Assembly (NCBI RefSeq): GCF_000253055.1
Contig: NC_016070.1
Coordinates: 1,560,001-1,592,000, forward strand
DNA from: Thermoproteus tenax Kra 1
Lineage (GTDB): Archaea; Thermoproteota; Thermoprotei; Thermoproteales; Thermoproteaceae
Direction: 5' to 3'
Length of the DNA: 32,000 bases
The position numbers and the translations under genes are program-made. Under the pieces are notes generated by a model. That model searched no databases. It saw nothing but the letters and a program-made list of their open reading frames with translations, and was not told the origin of the DNA. Shown here one piece after another: positions 18,170 through 29,290 of the stretch (position 1 is its first letter; every line of letters starts with the position of its first letter).

Positions 18170-18466
18170 CTATCCGAACTTTATCATGATGTATATCAAT
18201 ACGGCGAATATGGCGCCTAGGCTGGACGCTACCGCCACGGCCTCTTGAGTCGGCGATAGGGCGTAGGTCGTAGTCGGCCCCAACAGATACTCCGTCATAT
18301 AGACGTTTGCTATATAGAATATAAACTGTATTACGCCGGCGGCAAAGACGAGGAACAACAAAAACTTTACTACTGTGTTGAACTCCTTCGGGCTTGGCTT
18401 CTCCGACGTCGATATGACCCATCTGACGTCCCGCAGAAACTCCTCTATCTTCTTCTCGAGGGGCAC
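18170..18466 (-). CDS. secE: Protein translocase SecE (Sec61 gamma), extended with a second TM
   Basis: EEFLRDVRWVISTSEKPSPKEFNTVVKFLLFLVFAAGVIQFIFY; adjacent to spt5; extra C-terminal TM segment. Confidence 0.85.
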   Translation of the reverse strand: MPLEKKIEEFLRDVRWVISTSEKPSPKEFNTVVKFLLFLVFAAGVIQFIFYIANVYMTEYLLGPTTTYALSPTQEAVAVASSLGAIFAVLIYIMIKFG

Positions 18467-18556
18467 ATACGGCGATGAGACCTACGTTAAAAATTATTGT
18501 CCCTGATATGACAGCATCAACAGCAAACCTCGCCTTAGGGCAGGGGGTCGTCGCAG

Positions 18557-18718
18557 ATGCAGGCGGAAGGCCCAATATGCGCACACGCCTCATCAAATGA
18601 GGGGCTCTGCCCCGAGGAGGGCCGAGCGCCGCCCGGCCCCATGCCCGATGAGTCCGCGCCGGAGGTAGTCTGGCTACCGATGAAGGCGTGGGCGAGGAGA
18701 AACCCAGCCCTTTAGGGC
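18557..18718 (+). pseudogene. TnpB (IS200/IS605 OrfB)-like C-terminal tail plus transposon right-end hairpin (relic)
   Basis: Open frame ...PPGPMPDESAPEVVWLPMKAWARRNPAL* running straight into GCCCTTTAGGGCGGGG, the arrangement seen at 3' ends of archaeal IS605-type elements. Confidence 0.4.
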
Positions 18719-18742
18719 GGGGAGGCGGCGTGGATCATCTGG

Positions 18743-19663
18743 CTAGATGCCTACGAGCTGGGCCACGTACTCCTCCTTCTTGAACTTTACGAGGTCTTCG
18801 TACCTCTGCCCCACGCCTAAATAATATATCGGCCTCCTGAAGACATGGAGAAAGGTCAAGATGGAGCCGCCCTTAGGGTACGAGTCCACCTTAGTCGCTA
18901 TCATGCCGTCGATACTTACGTATCTGCTGTAGTACCTCGCTATCTCTAACGCCTCGTTGCCCAACTGTGAGTCAAAAACAAAGATGGAGAAATGCGGCTG
19001 CGCCACACGCTGTATTTTAGAAAGCTCCTCCATCAGGTTTTTGTCTGTGTGCATGCGGCCTGCCGTGTCGATGAGAACTAGGGGCACCCCTCTAGATGCC
19101 GCATGTTGTATCGCATCGTAGGCAACAGAGGCCGGATCTGCGCCGTATTTTCCTCCGATGACTCTGAGGCCCAGCCTCTTCCCGTGTTCCTCTAGCTGCT
19201 CTCTGGCGCCCGCTCTGAAGGTATCCGCCGCAGCTAAGACGCTCTGGAGCCCCCTCGCCCTAAAGAGATAGGCCATTTTCGCCAACGTGGTCGTCTTCCC
19301 GTAGCCGTTGGGCCCCAGAAACATCACAACGACAGGCCTAGTTTTATCAAGAAGCGCTACGGCCTCCTTCTCGAAGTCGACGTCAGGTATGTCGCCTATC
19401 ACCGAGAGTAGAGCCTCGTAGACGGCCCTCTTAACCGTGGCCTCTCTATCGCCGAACCTGGGCACCTTGACGCCGACTAGTCTCACGCGAAGAGACTCCG
19501 ATATGGCGTCAGCCACTTCCACGGCCACGTCGTTCTCCACAAGGCTCATGTAGAGGTCCTCGACCAACTGACCCACCTCCTTCTCGCCCAGGGCGTCTTC
19601 CTTTACTGCAGAGACTAGAGAGTCTACGAATCTAGAGAAAGTTTTTCGTAGCCTTTCGAACAT
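18743..19663 (-). CDS. ftsY: Signal recognition particle receptor FtsY
   Basis: VVMFLGPNGYGKTTTLAKMA, AADTFRAGAREQLE, VLIDTAGRMHTDKNL, TKVDSYPKGG. Confidence 0.95.
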   Translation of the reverse strand: MFERLRKTFSRFVDSLVSAVKEDALGEKEVGQLVEDLYMSLVENDVAVEVADAISESLRVRLVGVKVPRFGDREATVKRAVYEALLSVIGDIPDVDFEKEAVALLDKTRPVVVMFLGPNGYGKTTTLAKMAYLFRARGLQSVLAAADTFRAGAREQLEEHGKRLGLRVIGGKYGADPASVAYDAIQHAASRGVPLVLIDTAGRMHTDKNLMEELSKIQRVAQPHFSIFVFDSQLGNEALEIARYYSRYVSIDGMIATKVDSYPKGGSILTFLHVFRRPIYYLGVGQRYEDLVKFKKEEYVAQLVGI

Positions 19664-20073
19664 CAGCCGATTACGCCCAACTGCTCCAATACTTGCCTTA
19701 TCTGTAGAGCCCTCTCGCTCAACTTGGCTAGGTTCCCCTCCAGGTTAGTTTTGATGCTGTTCATCTCGTTTATTCTATCGCTTAGGATCCTCTGGGCGTT
19801 CTCTACGTCTATAAAGGCGTAATAATTAGCCCCCAGCGGAGTCAGAACCTCGCCCCGATCCACTGAGGCCTTGAGGTACACCCCGGCGCCTATATGGACG
19901 TACCTCTCTGCGTCCTGCGAGAGCGACTTCAAGCCGTCAAGGGCGAGTTTTAGGTCTTCAAGGGTTTCGTTCACAAGGGAGAGCTGGGCTTGAAGGCCGG
20001 CTATTAGCTCGGAGAGGGTTTGATATTCGTCTATCAGTCTCGCTATATCCTCCCTAGTTATAGTCCGCGCCAT
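19663..20073 (-). CDS. pfdA: Prefoldin alpha subunit
   Basis: 136 aa, coiled-coil ends with VHIGAGVYLKASV..., between ftsY and rplX as in other crenarchaea. Confidence 0.88.
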   Translation of the reverse strand: MARTITREDIARLIDEYQTLSELIAGLQAQLSLVNETLEDLKLALDGLKSLSQDAERYVHIGAGVYLKASVDRGEVLTPLGANYYAFIDVENAQRILSDRINEMNSIKTNLEGNLAKLSERALQIRQVLEQLGVIG

Positions 20074-20324
20074 TAGTACGCAATTATTCTGTCTATATAA
20101 ACAAGGGCCTTGATCTCGTCAGGCGCCTCATCGATGGGCGCCTCCTCCACTCTGTCTATCCTTATCTGGCCCCTCTTCACTTTGTGATTGCTCCCTATGA
20201 GCTCGAAGACCTTCTGCACCGCTTCGTAGGGCTTAGTCGCTGTTACATATTTCTTGAACTTCACAGTCTCCCCGTTCTTCAGCTTAAATGAGCCCGATAC
20301 TAAATACAATCTCGGCGCGGCCAC
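20073..20324 (-). CDS. rplX: Ribosomal protein LX (L20a/L18a)
   Basis: YLVSGSFKLKNGETVKFKKYVTATKPYEAVQKVFELIGSNHKVKRGQIRI. Confidence 0.92.
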   Translation of the reverse strand: MAAPRLYLVSGSFKLKNGETVKFKKYVTATKPYEAVQKVFELIGSNHKVKRGQIRIDRVEEAPIDEAPDEIKALVYIDRIIAY

Positions 20325-20385
20325 GGCCGGGTGAGGTCAGAGTGTTTTAAGTTTTTCGGGCGTCCATCCGTCCCCATGCGATTAC

Positions 20386-20435
20386 TGCCGGCGTAGCGCC
20401 CAGGGACTTCCTCCTTGCCCGCTCCCTAATCGGCG
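20386..20435 (+). repeat. Copy 2 of the 50-nt diverged repeat (partner 11242-11291)
   Basis: TGCCGGCGTAGCGCCCAGGGACTTCCTCCTTGCCCGCTCCCTAATCGGCG. Confidence 0.5.
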
Positions 20436-20644
20436 TCCATTACCCCAGCGCCGCTCTGACCCCCTCGCCGAGTATACCTCGTCCTTCACCGATCTGGGCA
20501 AGCAGCCCCTCTTGTTCGGAGTTCCACTCTCGGCGGAGGCCGGCACTTCAACTGGCGGTGAACCCGCTGCTGGTATCGGCACGAGCTACGGCGGAGGAGC
20601 CGTGGTATATGGCGTGAGCAACCGATGGGCCAACTGGGCGTCTC

Positions 20645-21310
20645 TCACTTGAACAAGGTGGACAATATGCGCATGATCTCGGCTCCCGTAGTCTCCCAGC
20701 CCACCAGGGCGCCTCTGTCGTTAGCTACCAAGCCGCCTCTGACGAAGGATCTGCCTCTGTTCACAGTGCCCACATCCGCGTGAACCCCCAAATAGTTCTC
20801 TAGCTTCTTCAGATCTGCGTCAGTCGCCTCGGGCGCCACTAGTACGCCTCTGGAGTTGGCCACGGCCACTGATCCTACCAGAGGTGTGCCTGCTATAGTG
20901 TCGACGAACACCTCCACGCCCAACACATCTTTCACGATCTTGTGATTGTCTGGCTCTAAGATCGGCGAAACCACCGCGGCCTTGTTGTTGGCCAGTATTA
21001 AGTTGGCCAACGCCGTATATTTAGTCTGGATAACGCCTATGTTTAAACCGAGGGCCTTCAACGAATTTATCTCTTCGTCCAACGCGATATTGGGCACCAG
21101 AATGCCGTTGTCATTCATGACAAGGAAAATGCCCAGCAGAGGAGACTTGGCCACAGATGCCCTCACCACAGTGTCGCCTAACACCTCCCTGATGTTTTCA
21201 TCGATTTTCTCTGGAACATCGAATGGTACTAGCGCCATCTTGTTGTTGACGGCTATGTAGACCCCTATTGATGACGAACCGAACACTTTAACAGGGACTA
21301 CATCTGCCAT
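20645..21310 (-). CDS. eif6: Translation initiation factor aIF6
   Basis: 221 aa, DVVPVKVFGSSSIGVYIAVNNKMALVP..., NDNGILVPNIALDEEI, VANDRGALVG. Confidence 0.95.
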   Translation of the reverse strand: MADVVPVKVFGSSSIGVYIAVNNKMALVPFDVPEKIDENIREVLGDTVVRASVAKSPLLGIFLVMNDNGILVPNIALDEEINSLKALGLNIGVIQTKYTALANLILANNKAAVVSPILEPDNHKIVKDVLGVEVFVDTIAGTPLVGSVAVANSRGVLVAPEATDADLKKLENYLGVHADVGTVNRGRSFVRGGLVANDRGALVGWETTGAEIMRILSTLFK

Positions 21311-22044
21311 ATCACTGTGTGTTCACTGACTTAAAAGCATTGGGCGCGCTCTATGCCCCCTCTGCAACGTCCCGGCGGGCCAGAGGGCTTGCCCCGCGAT
21401 CCTTTAGGGGCGCCTCCGCTGGCGGGCGTTGCCCAAGGGTAGTTTTCTTCCTCGCAATTGAGGAAAGCGTGTTTCTCTGTGCAAATAGGGCGCTTAAGCA
21501 CATGCCCGCAGTAAAGGAGCAGTGCCCCCACGACCCCCGGCCGGGGCCTGTCCCTGGAGGGGGCCTTTGCCTCCATGTCCGATGACCCTGGCCCGAGACG
21601 GCTGGCTGCCGGTGAAGGCGCGAGCTAGGAGGAAGACCTAGGCGTGAGTTCGATAATGAACGACTAGGGACAAACGGCTCCCGGGAGCTGACGGAGGAAT
21701 ATATTAATAGGATCAGTTCTGGGCCATCTATGAGCGACTGGATTATAGTGTCCGTGATCTTCCTTTTAGTCTTTGGCTTAACCTTGTTAGCTATCTATTT
21801 GATATATCTTTTGGCGCCTCAAGCGCCCACCGAGGCCAAGAGGAGGAGGTATGAGGCGGGCAATCCCCCGCACGGAGAGCCAAAATCAAGGTTGGCCATG
21901 CAGTATTTCGGTTACGTCCTCATGTTGGTGACATTGGGAGCCCTCATAGCAGTGCCCCTAATCTATTTCGCCTTGAGCCCCACATCTTATCTGTCGGCAT
22001 TTACTTCCTCGTCATAGTGGCCCTAGTGGTGTTAGCTGCCCTCT

Positions 22045-24549
<2,505 letters not shown>

Positions 24550-24875
24550 TCAGCGCCCGCCATGCGCGAGGCCTCGTCACAGATAGGCGTGGGTTCAACT
24601 CCTCATCTTAAAGTCGAGCTGGGCCTTGCCTTATATATTTGCTCGTCCGCCTAACGCTCAGCTCGGAGATCCCCCAGATCGGCACGGTTGAATCCCTAGC
24701 TAACCTAGTCTATGCTTAAGCCGGAGGCGCAGGAACCGGCGCAGTCGTATAACGCTCAGCTCTTAAAGGACTCTTCATTGGGTCGAGCGAGGTGAAGCGT
24801 CATCACGTCGTACTGGTGGTCTCTGTTAAAATGCCTATTCGGAAAACTTTAAAAACGGCCGCCATTAGGTGCGCG

Positions 24876-25040
24876 ATGGGCAAAGTAAGGCCGCCGAAGG
24901 ATAGAAAGTATGGGCGCGGGACTATGAGGTGTATAAGGTGCGGCACACGCGAGGCCATAATAAGGAAGTATGGGCTTATGCTCTGCCGTCGTTGTTTTAG
25001 AGAGGTAGCCGAGGAGCTCGGATTCCGCCGGTACTACTGA
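24876..25040 (+). CDS. rps14: Ribosomal protein S14 (zinc-binding)
   Basis: [54 protein letters not shown]; upstream part of track ORF spurious; ACTTTAAAAA box ~27 nt upstream. Confidence 0.93.
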   Translation: MGKVRPPKDRKYGRGTMRCIRCGTREAIIRKYGLMLCRRCFREVAEELGFRRYY

Positions 25041-25095
25041 TCTATCGGGCTTTCGGCGAGACATTTTATTTATAAACTCCTCGTTCAAGGGGGCT

Positions 25096-25488
25096 ATGCC
25101 AATGCTCGATGTACTCTCGAATGCGCTGATCACCATAAAGAACGCCGAGATGGCCGGGAGGGGGCAAGTGACCGTGTGGCCGGCCAGCAAGTTGGTCTAC
25201 TACACACTCAGAGTTTTGCAGAGACACGGCTACGTGGGCGAGGTGGAGTATATAGACGATGGCAGAGGCGGCAAATATATCGTCAAGCTATTGGGCAAAA
25301 TAAACGATATAGGCCCTATAAAGCCCAGATACGCCGTGAAGTGGAGGGAAATCCCCGAGTGGGAACAGAAGTATTTGCCGGCGAGACAGATAGGCATACT
25401 TATCCTCTCAACGCCTCACGGAGTTATGTCGCACGTGGAGGCAAAGGAGAAGAGAACTGGCGGCGTTCTGTTGGCCTACGTCTATTAG
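25096..25488 (+). CDS. rps8: Ribosomal protein S8
   Basis: [25 protein letters not shown]...[22 protein letters not shown]. Confidence 0.94.
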   Translation: MPMLDVLSNALITIKNAEMAGRGQVTVWPASKLVYYTLRVLQRHGYVGEVEYIDDGRGGKYIVKLLGKINDIGPIKPRYAVKWREIPEWEQKYLPARQIGILILSTPHGVMSHVEAKEKRTGGVLLAYVY

Positions 25489-25982
25489 CACGGCGGCCTC
25501 AACGGCAACACGAAGGGGCCTATCGCCTTGTAATCGCCCTTGAGATAGGCCAACGCTGTGAGCGCAGCTGTCACGGCATCTAGGTGGTCTTTAGTCGGAG
25601 GGTGGTATCTCTGCGCTAGATATTCTGGGGCGAGACCCATTGCCCTCATGGACGTAGTCGGATGTACCTCGATCACATTGCCCAACAACTGGGCCAGTCT
25701 GATTCCCTTCTCAGTCAATCTCGCCATAGGGCCTAATAGGGGTGGAAGAAGTTTGTAGCCCATCCTCCTAAGCTCCCTCTCCACGTCTCTCATAGCGCCG
25801 CGCTCAGGTAGAGACAGAGGGGCATCTACGGCGATGATTCTCGGCTTGTATGGAGCCAGCGCAGCCGCTATCTCCTCGACCTCCATGGCTGAGAGGTAGG
25901 CCACCAAGTCGCAGCCGTCCAATACGGCTATAGCGCTCGGCCTAACAACTGCTAGATCCACTCCGGCTACTCGGGCGCACAC
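25485..25982 (-). CDS. DUF429-like predicted RNase H-fold nuclease family protein
   Basis: [19 protein letters not shown]...[14 protein letters not shown]...[12 protein letters not shown]...[18 protein letters not shown]. Confidence 0.75.
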   Translation of the reverse strand: MCARVAGVDLAVVRPSAIAVLDGCDLVAYLSAMEVEEIAAALAPYKPRIIAVDAPLSLPERGAMRDVERELRRMGYKLLPPLLGPMARLTEKGIRLAQLLGNVIEVHPTTSMRAMGLAPEYLAQRYHPPTKDHLDAVTAALTALAYLKGDYKAIGPFVLPLRPPC

Positions 25983-26132
25983 TGAGATAAAATCAAGTGA
26001 CCATTAATGTTAGCCTTCCTAAAACGACGCAAGCCCTCCCGTAGGCCAGGAGATGGCCCCCTCCCCTGCCCTAAAGGGCGAGCCTTCGGTTGTAATATCG
26101 CACACAAGATAAATTGGCTGCGATGTATCTAC

Positions 26133-26894
26133 GTGATACCTGCGATCGCGTATATCCGCGTCTCAACGGAGGAACAAGATCCAGAGAATCAACGGGAGTA
26201 TCTGGAGAAATGGGCGCCGGCCCACGGCCTCGCCATTATAAAATACTATGTAGACGTGGGCGTATCGGGGGCTATAGAGCCGTGGGAGAGGCCCGCCTTC
26301 AAGAGACTGATGGAGGAGGTGCCCCAGATGAGCCCCAAGCCCAAGGTGCTCCTCGTCTACGAGGTCTCCAGGCTGGTTCGCTCCTTCCAAGAGCTCTTCA
26401 AGCTACTCGACGTAGTGGAGGAGAAGCTGGGCCTAGTCGTCGTCTCGGCGTCCGAGAGAGAGCAAGCCCTCCAGACGGTGGACGGCATGTATCGCCAGTT
26501 TCTGAGAGCCGTGTTGGCCTTCGTGGCAGCTATGGAGAGAGAGTTCATACGCCAGAGGACCAAGGCGGCCTTGGTCAGAGCCAAGGCAGCGGGCAAGATA
26601 ACTAATGTGGCAGAGAGGGTCTCCCCGGAGATAGCGATGAAGATTGTTGAGATGAGACGGGCTGGGGCCTCTCTTAGAGAGATCGGAAGAGCCTTCGGGC
26701 TCTCCACCTACGAGGTCAGGAGGATCCTCTCAGCAGCAGGCGAGTATAGGCCCGACGAGACGACGTGTCCCCGTTGTTTCTCGAAGATGAGGGTGGCTGA
26801 GCGCTCTGCAAAGATAGCCGACGGGCTCTACAAGGTCGTAGAGCGCCTATATTGCCCCAACTGCGGCTACGAGGAGGTGGTCGAAAGGGCCTAG
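26133..26894 (+). CDS. Serine recombinase (resolvase/invertase) with C-terminal HTH and zinc ribbon; GTG start preferred
   Basis: IAYIRVSTEEQDPENQREYLE, YEVSRLVRSFQELFKLL, AFVAAMEREFIRQRTKAAL, HTH ASLREIGRAFGLSTYEVRRIL, CPRC...CPNC. Track ORF start 26007 is upstream of the first conserved residues. Confidence 0.85.
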   Translation: MIPAIAYIRVSTEEQDPENQREYLEKWAPAHGLAIIKYYVDVGVSGAIEPWERPAFKRLMEEVPQMSPKPKVLLVYEVSRLVRSFQELFKLLDVVEEKLGLVVVSASEREQALQTVDGMYRQFLRAVLAFVAAMEREFIRQRTKAALVRAKAAGKITNVAERVSPEIAMKIVEMRRAGASLREIGRAFGLSTYEVRRILSAAGEYRPDETTCPRCFSKMRVAERSAKIADGLYKVVERLYCPNCGYEEVVERA

Positions 26895-27433
26895 CAAATT
26901 CTCTCTATATATTTAGTGATATCGTAGCCTCTCTTTCTGAACTCTCTCAGATCCTCCCATCGGCTCCACGGATACGATATCCAGACCCACTCCTCGACTC
27001 TCTCCACATAATAATCCGGAGTGAACTTGCTGGTGGACTTAAAGTGGAGCACCGCCGTCTTGGCCTCCGAGACTCCCATGACATTTAGCAAGTCGACCAT
27101 GAGCTTGAGGGTGGCGCCCGTGTCGGCCACTTCGTCGACTATTAACACGCGCCTTCCGCCGACTACGCCCGGCTCCACTCCGTGGTACAGAATGGGCCTC
27201 TCCGAGCGGCGCTCCGCGAGAGCCCAATATTTAACGGCGCTCGCCACTATGTTATCTACGTCCAATACATCGCTTATTATGCGAGCCGGCACAAGGCCGC
27301 CTCTCGATACGGCCAGTATAACGTCCGGTTTAAACCCGCTGTCCATTATCATTTTAGCCAGCCTCTCGGACATCTCTATCGCCTCAGGCCAAGTTATGAA
27401 GCGGACTTTCACTCCTCCGACCTCAACGTCCAT
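26891..27433 (-). CDS. Phosphoribosyltransferase (hypoxanthine/xanthine-guanine type)
   Basis: PDVILAVSRGGLVPARIISD..., VLIVDEVADTGATLKLM (PRPP-binding motif). Confidence 0.9.
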   Translation of the reverse strand: MDVEVGGVKVRFITWPEAIEMSERLAKMIMDSGFKPDVILAVSRGGLVPARIISDVLDVDNIVASAVKYWALAERRSERPILYHGVEPGVVGGRRVLIVDEVADTGATLKLMVDLLNVMGVSEAKTAVLHFKSTSKFTPDYYVERVEEWVWISYPWSRWEDLREFRKRGYDITKYIERIC

Positions 27434-27666
27434 ATGGCCTTGATTCTGGGTAATTTAAAGAGTTCAGCTCAGCAGAGGTGCGCCGAGAGCAATATTTGGA
27501 CAGATTTGGCTCTATACGCCAGACTTGGCGGCCTCCGTTGCGCTCGGTCTCCCCGGAGGGCCGCCCGGAGCTGAGGCCTTGTTGAGGATCCACGTCTGAT
27601 CCAAGCCGGCAGTCCCGCGGTCAAGTCCTACGAACATAATTTAAAAATAGGCCCTCGTGAGGGGGC

Positions 27667-28155
27667 GTGGCTAGGCCTAGGAGGGAGTTGCCCAAGGAGG
27701 TGGACGCCTTGCTAAAGTTGAGAATAAAGATGGAGAGGAGAATGCCGGAGTTCGTGAGAGTGGATCAACACCGCTATATCAGAATAGAGGACTCTGGATG
27801 GAGGAGGCCGAGGGGGCTGGACAACAAGATAAGGCAACAGAGGAAGGGGTATCCTCCAAAGGTCAAGGCCGGCTACAGAAAGCCTGCGGCCGTCAGAGGG
27901 CTTCACCCCAGCGGCTTTGTTGAGACGCTCGTCAGAAGGCCCGAGGATCTCGAGGGGCTCGATCCGAAGATACACGCGGTAAGAATAGCGGCAGGCGTCG
28001 GCGTTAGAAAGAGGGTCGAGATATTGAAGAGGGCCCAGGAGAGGGGCTTCTACGTGCTGAACCCGGGCAAGAAGGCGTTGGAGATGCTCCAGAAACAGAG
28101 CGCCCAACAGCCCTCGACACAGGAGGGCGAAAAGGTTAAAACGACAGGGCAATAG
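27667..28155 (+). CDS. rpl32e: Ribosomal protein L32e
   Basis: FVRVDQHRYIRIEDSGWRRPRGLDNKIRQQRKGYPPKVKAGYRKP, upstream of L19e-L18. Confidence 0.93.
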   Translation: MARPRRELPKEVDALLKLRIKMERRMPEFVRVDQHRYIRIEDSGWRRPRGLDNKIRQQRKGYPPKVKAGYRKPAAVRGLHPSGFVETLVRRPEDLEGLDPKIHAVRIAAGVGVRKRVEILKRAQERGFYVLNPGKKALEMLQKQSAQQPSTQEGEKVKTTGQ

Positions 28156-28163
28156 GGGCTGAT

Positions 28164-28607
28164 ATGGTTGACGTAAAGAGACTTGCCGCCGAGATCTTAG
28201 GCGTCGGCGAGAACAGAGTCAAAATATCGCCTGAGGCCCAAGAGAGAGCTAGCGAAGTCGTCACCAGAGAGGAGGTGAGGGCGCTGATCGAGGAGGGCGT
28301 TATATGGGCAGAACATAAGAAGGGCGTGAGCAGAGTCAGATGGCGCGTTCTCCATGAGAAAAAGAAGAGGGGCAGAAGGAGGGGACGCGGCAGCAGGAAG
28401 GGGCCGAGGCTCGATGAGGAGGCCGCCTGGAAGAACAAGATAAGGACGCTGAGGAGGTACCTCAATGCCCTGAAGAGGAGGGGCTTGATAACGCCGGCCA
28501 CCTGGCGTATGTTGTACAGAATGGCTAAGGGGAACTACTTCCGCGATCTCCGCCACCTCAAGACGTATATAAACGAACACAACCTAGCAAAGGAGAAGGT
28601 TAGATAA
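28164..28607 (+). CDS. rpl19e: Ribosomal protein L19e
   Basis: [22 protein letters not shown]...[34 protein letters not shown]. Confidence 0.95.
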   Translation: MVDVKRLAAEILGVGENRVKISPEAQERASEVVTREEVRALIEEGVIWAEHKKGVSRVRWRVLHEKKKRGRRRGRGSRKGPRLDEEAAWKNKIRTLRRYLNALKRRGLITPATWRMLYRMAKGNYFRDLRHLKTYINEHNLAKEKVR

Positions 28608-28608
28608 T

Positions 28609-29220
28609 ATGGCGAAGACAGGCAGATACAAGGTTCCGTTCAGAAGGCGCGCCGAGGGTGTGACGAACTATAGAAAGCGGAGGAAGCTGATTAAGGGCAA
28701 GCTCCCGCGTCTGGTGGTCAGAAAAACCAATAGGCACATTATAGTCCAGATTGTATTGACGAGGCCTCAAGGCGATGAGACTGTGGTTGGCTTAGACTCC
28801 AGATATTTGGCTAAGTTCGGCTGGAAAGGCGATGAGAACAACACGACGGCCGCATATCTACTGGGACTCGCCGTGGGCTACAAGGCGTTGTCCAAGGGCA
28901 TCGAGAGGGCGGTTCTCGACATCGGCCTTCACAGGCCCGTGCGAGGATCTAGAGTTTTCGCCGTGCTGAAGGGAGCGTTGGACGCCGGCCTAGAGATTCC
29001 CCACGACGAATCTGTATTGCCTGAGGAGGACAGAATATCGGGCAAACATATTGCCGAATACGCCGAGAGGCTCAAGTCGGAGAACGAGGAGGAGTATAAA
29101 CGTCGTTTTGCCAGGTATTTGCAACGCGGCATACAACCAGAACATATTCCAGAACATTTCGAGGAAGTTAAGAAAAAGATCCAAGAGACTCTCTCAAAGC
29201 TACAAAAGGCTACTGCTTAG
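28609..29220 (+). CDS. rpl18: Ribosomal protein L18
   Basis: [42 protein letters not shown]..., [29 protein letters not shown]. Confidence 0.95.
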   Translation: MAKTGRYKVPFRRRAEGVTNYRKRRKLIKGKLPRLVVRKTNRHIIVQIVLTRPQGDETVVGLDSRYLAKFGWKGDENNTTAAYLLGLAVGYKALSKGIERAVLDIGLHRPVRGSRVFAVLKGALDAGLEIPHDESVLPEEDRISGKHIAEYAERLKSENEEEYKRRFARYLQRGIQPEHIPEHFEEVKKKIQETLSKLQKATA

Positions 29221-29290
29221 ATACATTTTTAATTAAAAATAGAATTAAATACGTATATTAATGCTTAAATAGGAGGATCCGCATAGATTC

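Noticed and set aside
21653-21694. Possible C/D box sRNA (ATAATGA ... CTGA)
   Set aside because: C box deviates from RUGAUGA, no D'/C' pair, and spacing is poor.
24585-24600. GGGTTCAACTCC T-loop-like string, considered as a fourth tRNA
   Set aside because: No matching T-stem, D-arm (GTAGCTCAG/GTAGTCTAG) or acceptor pairing could be found on either side.
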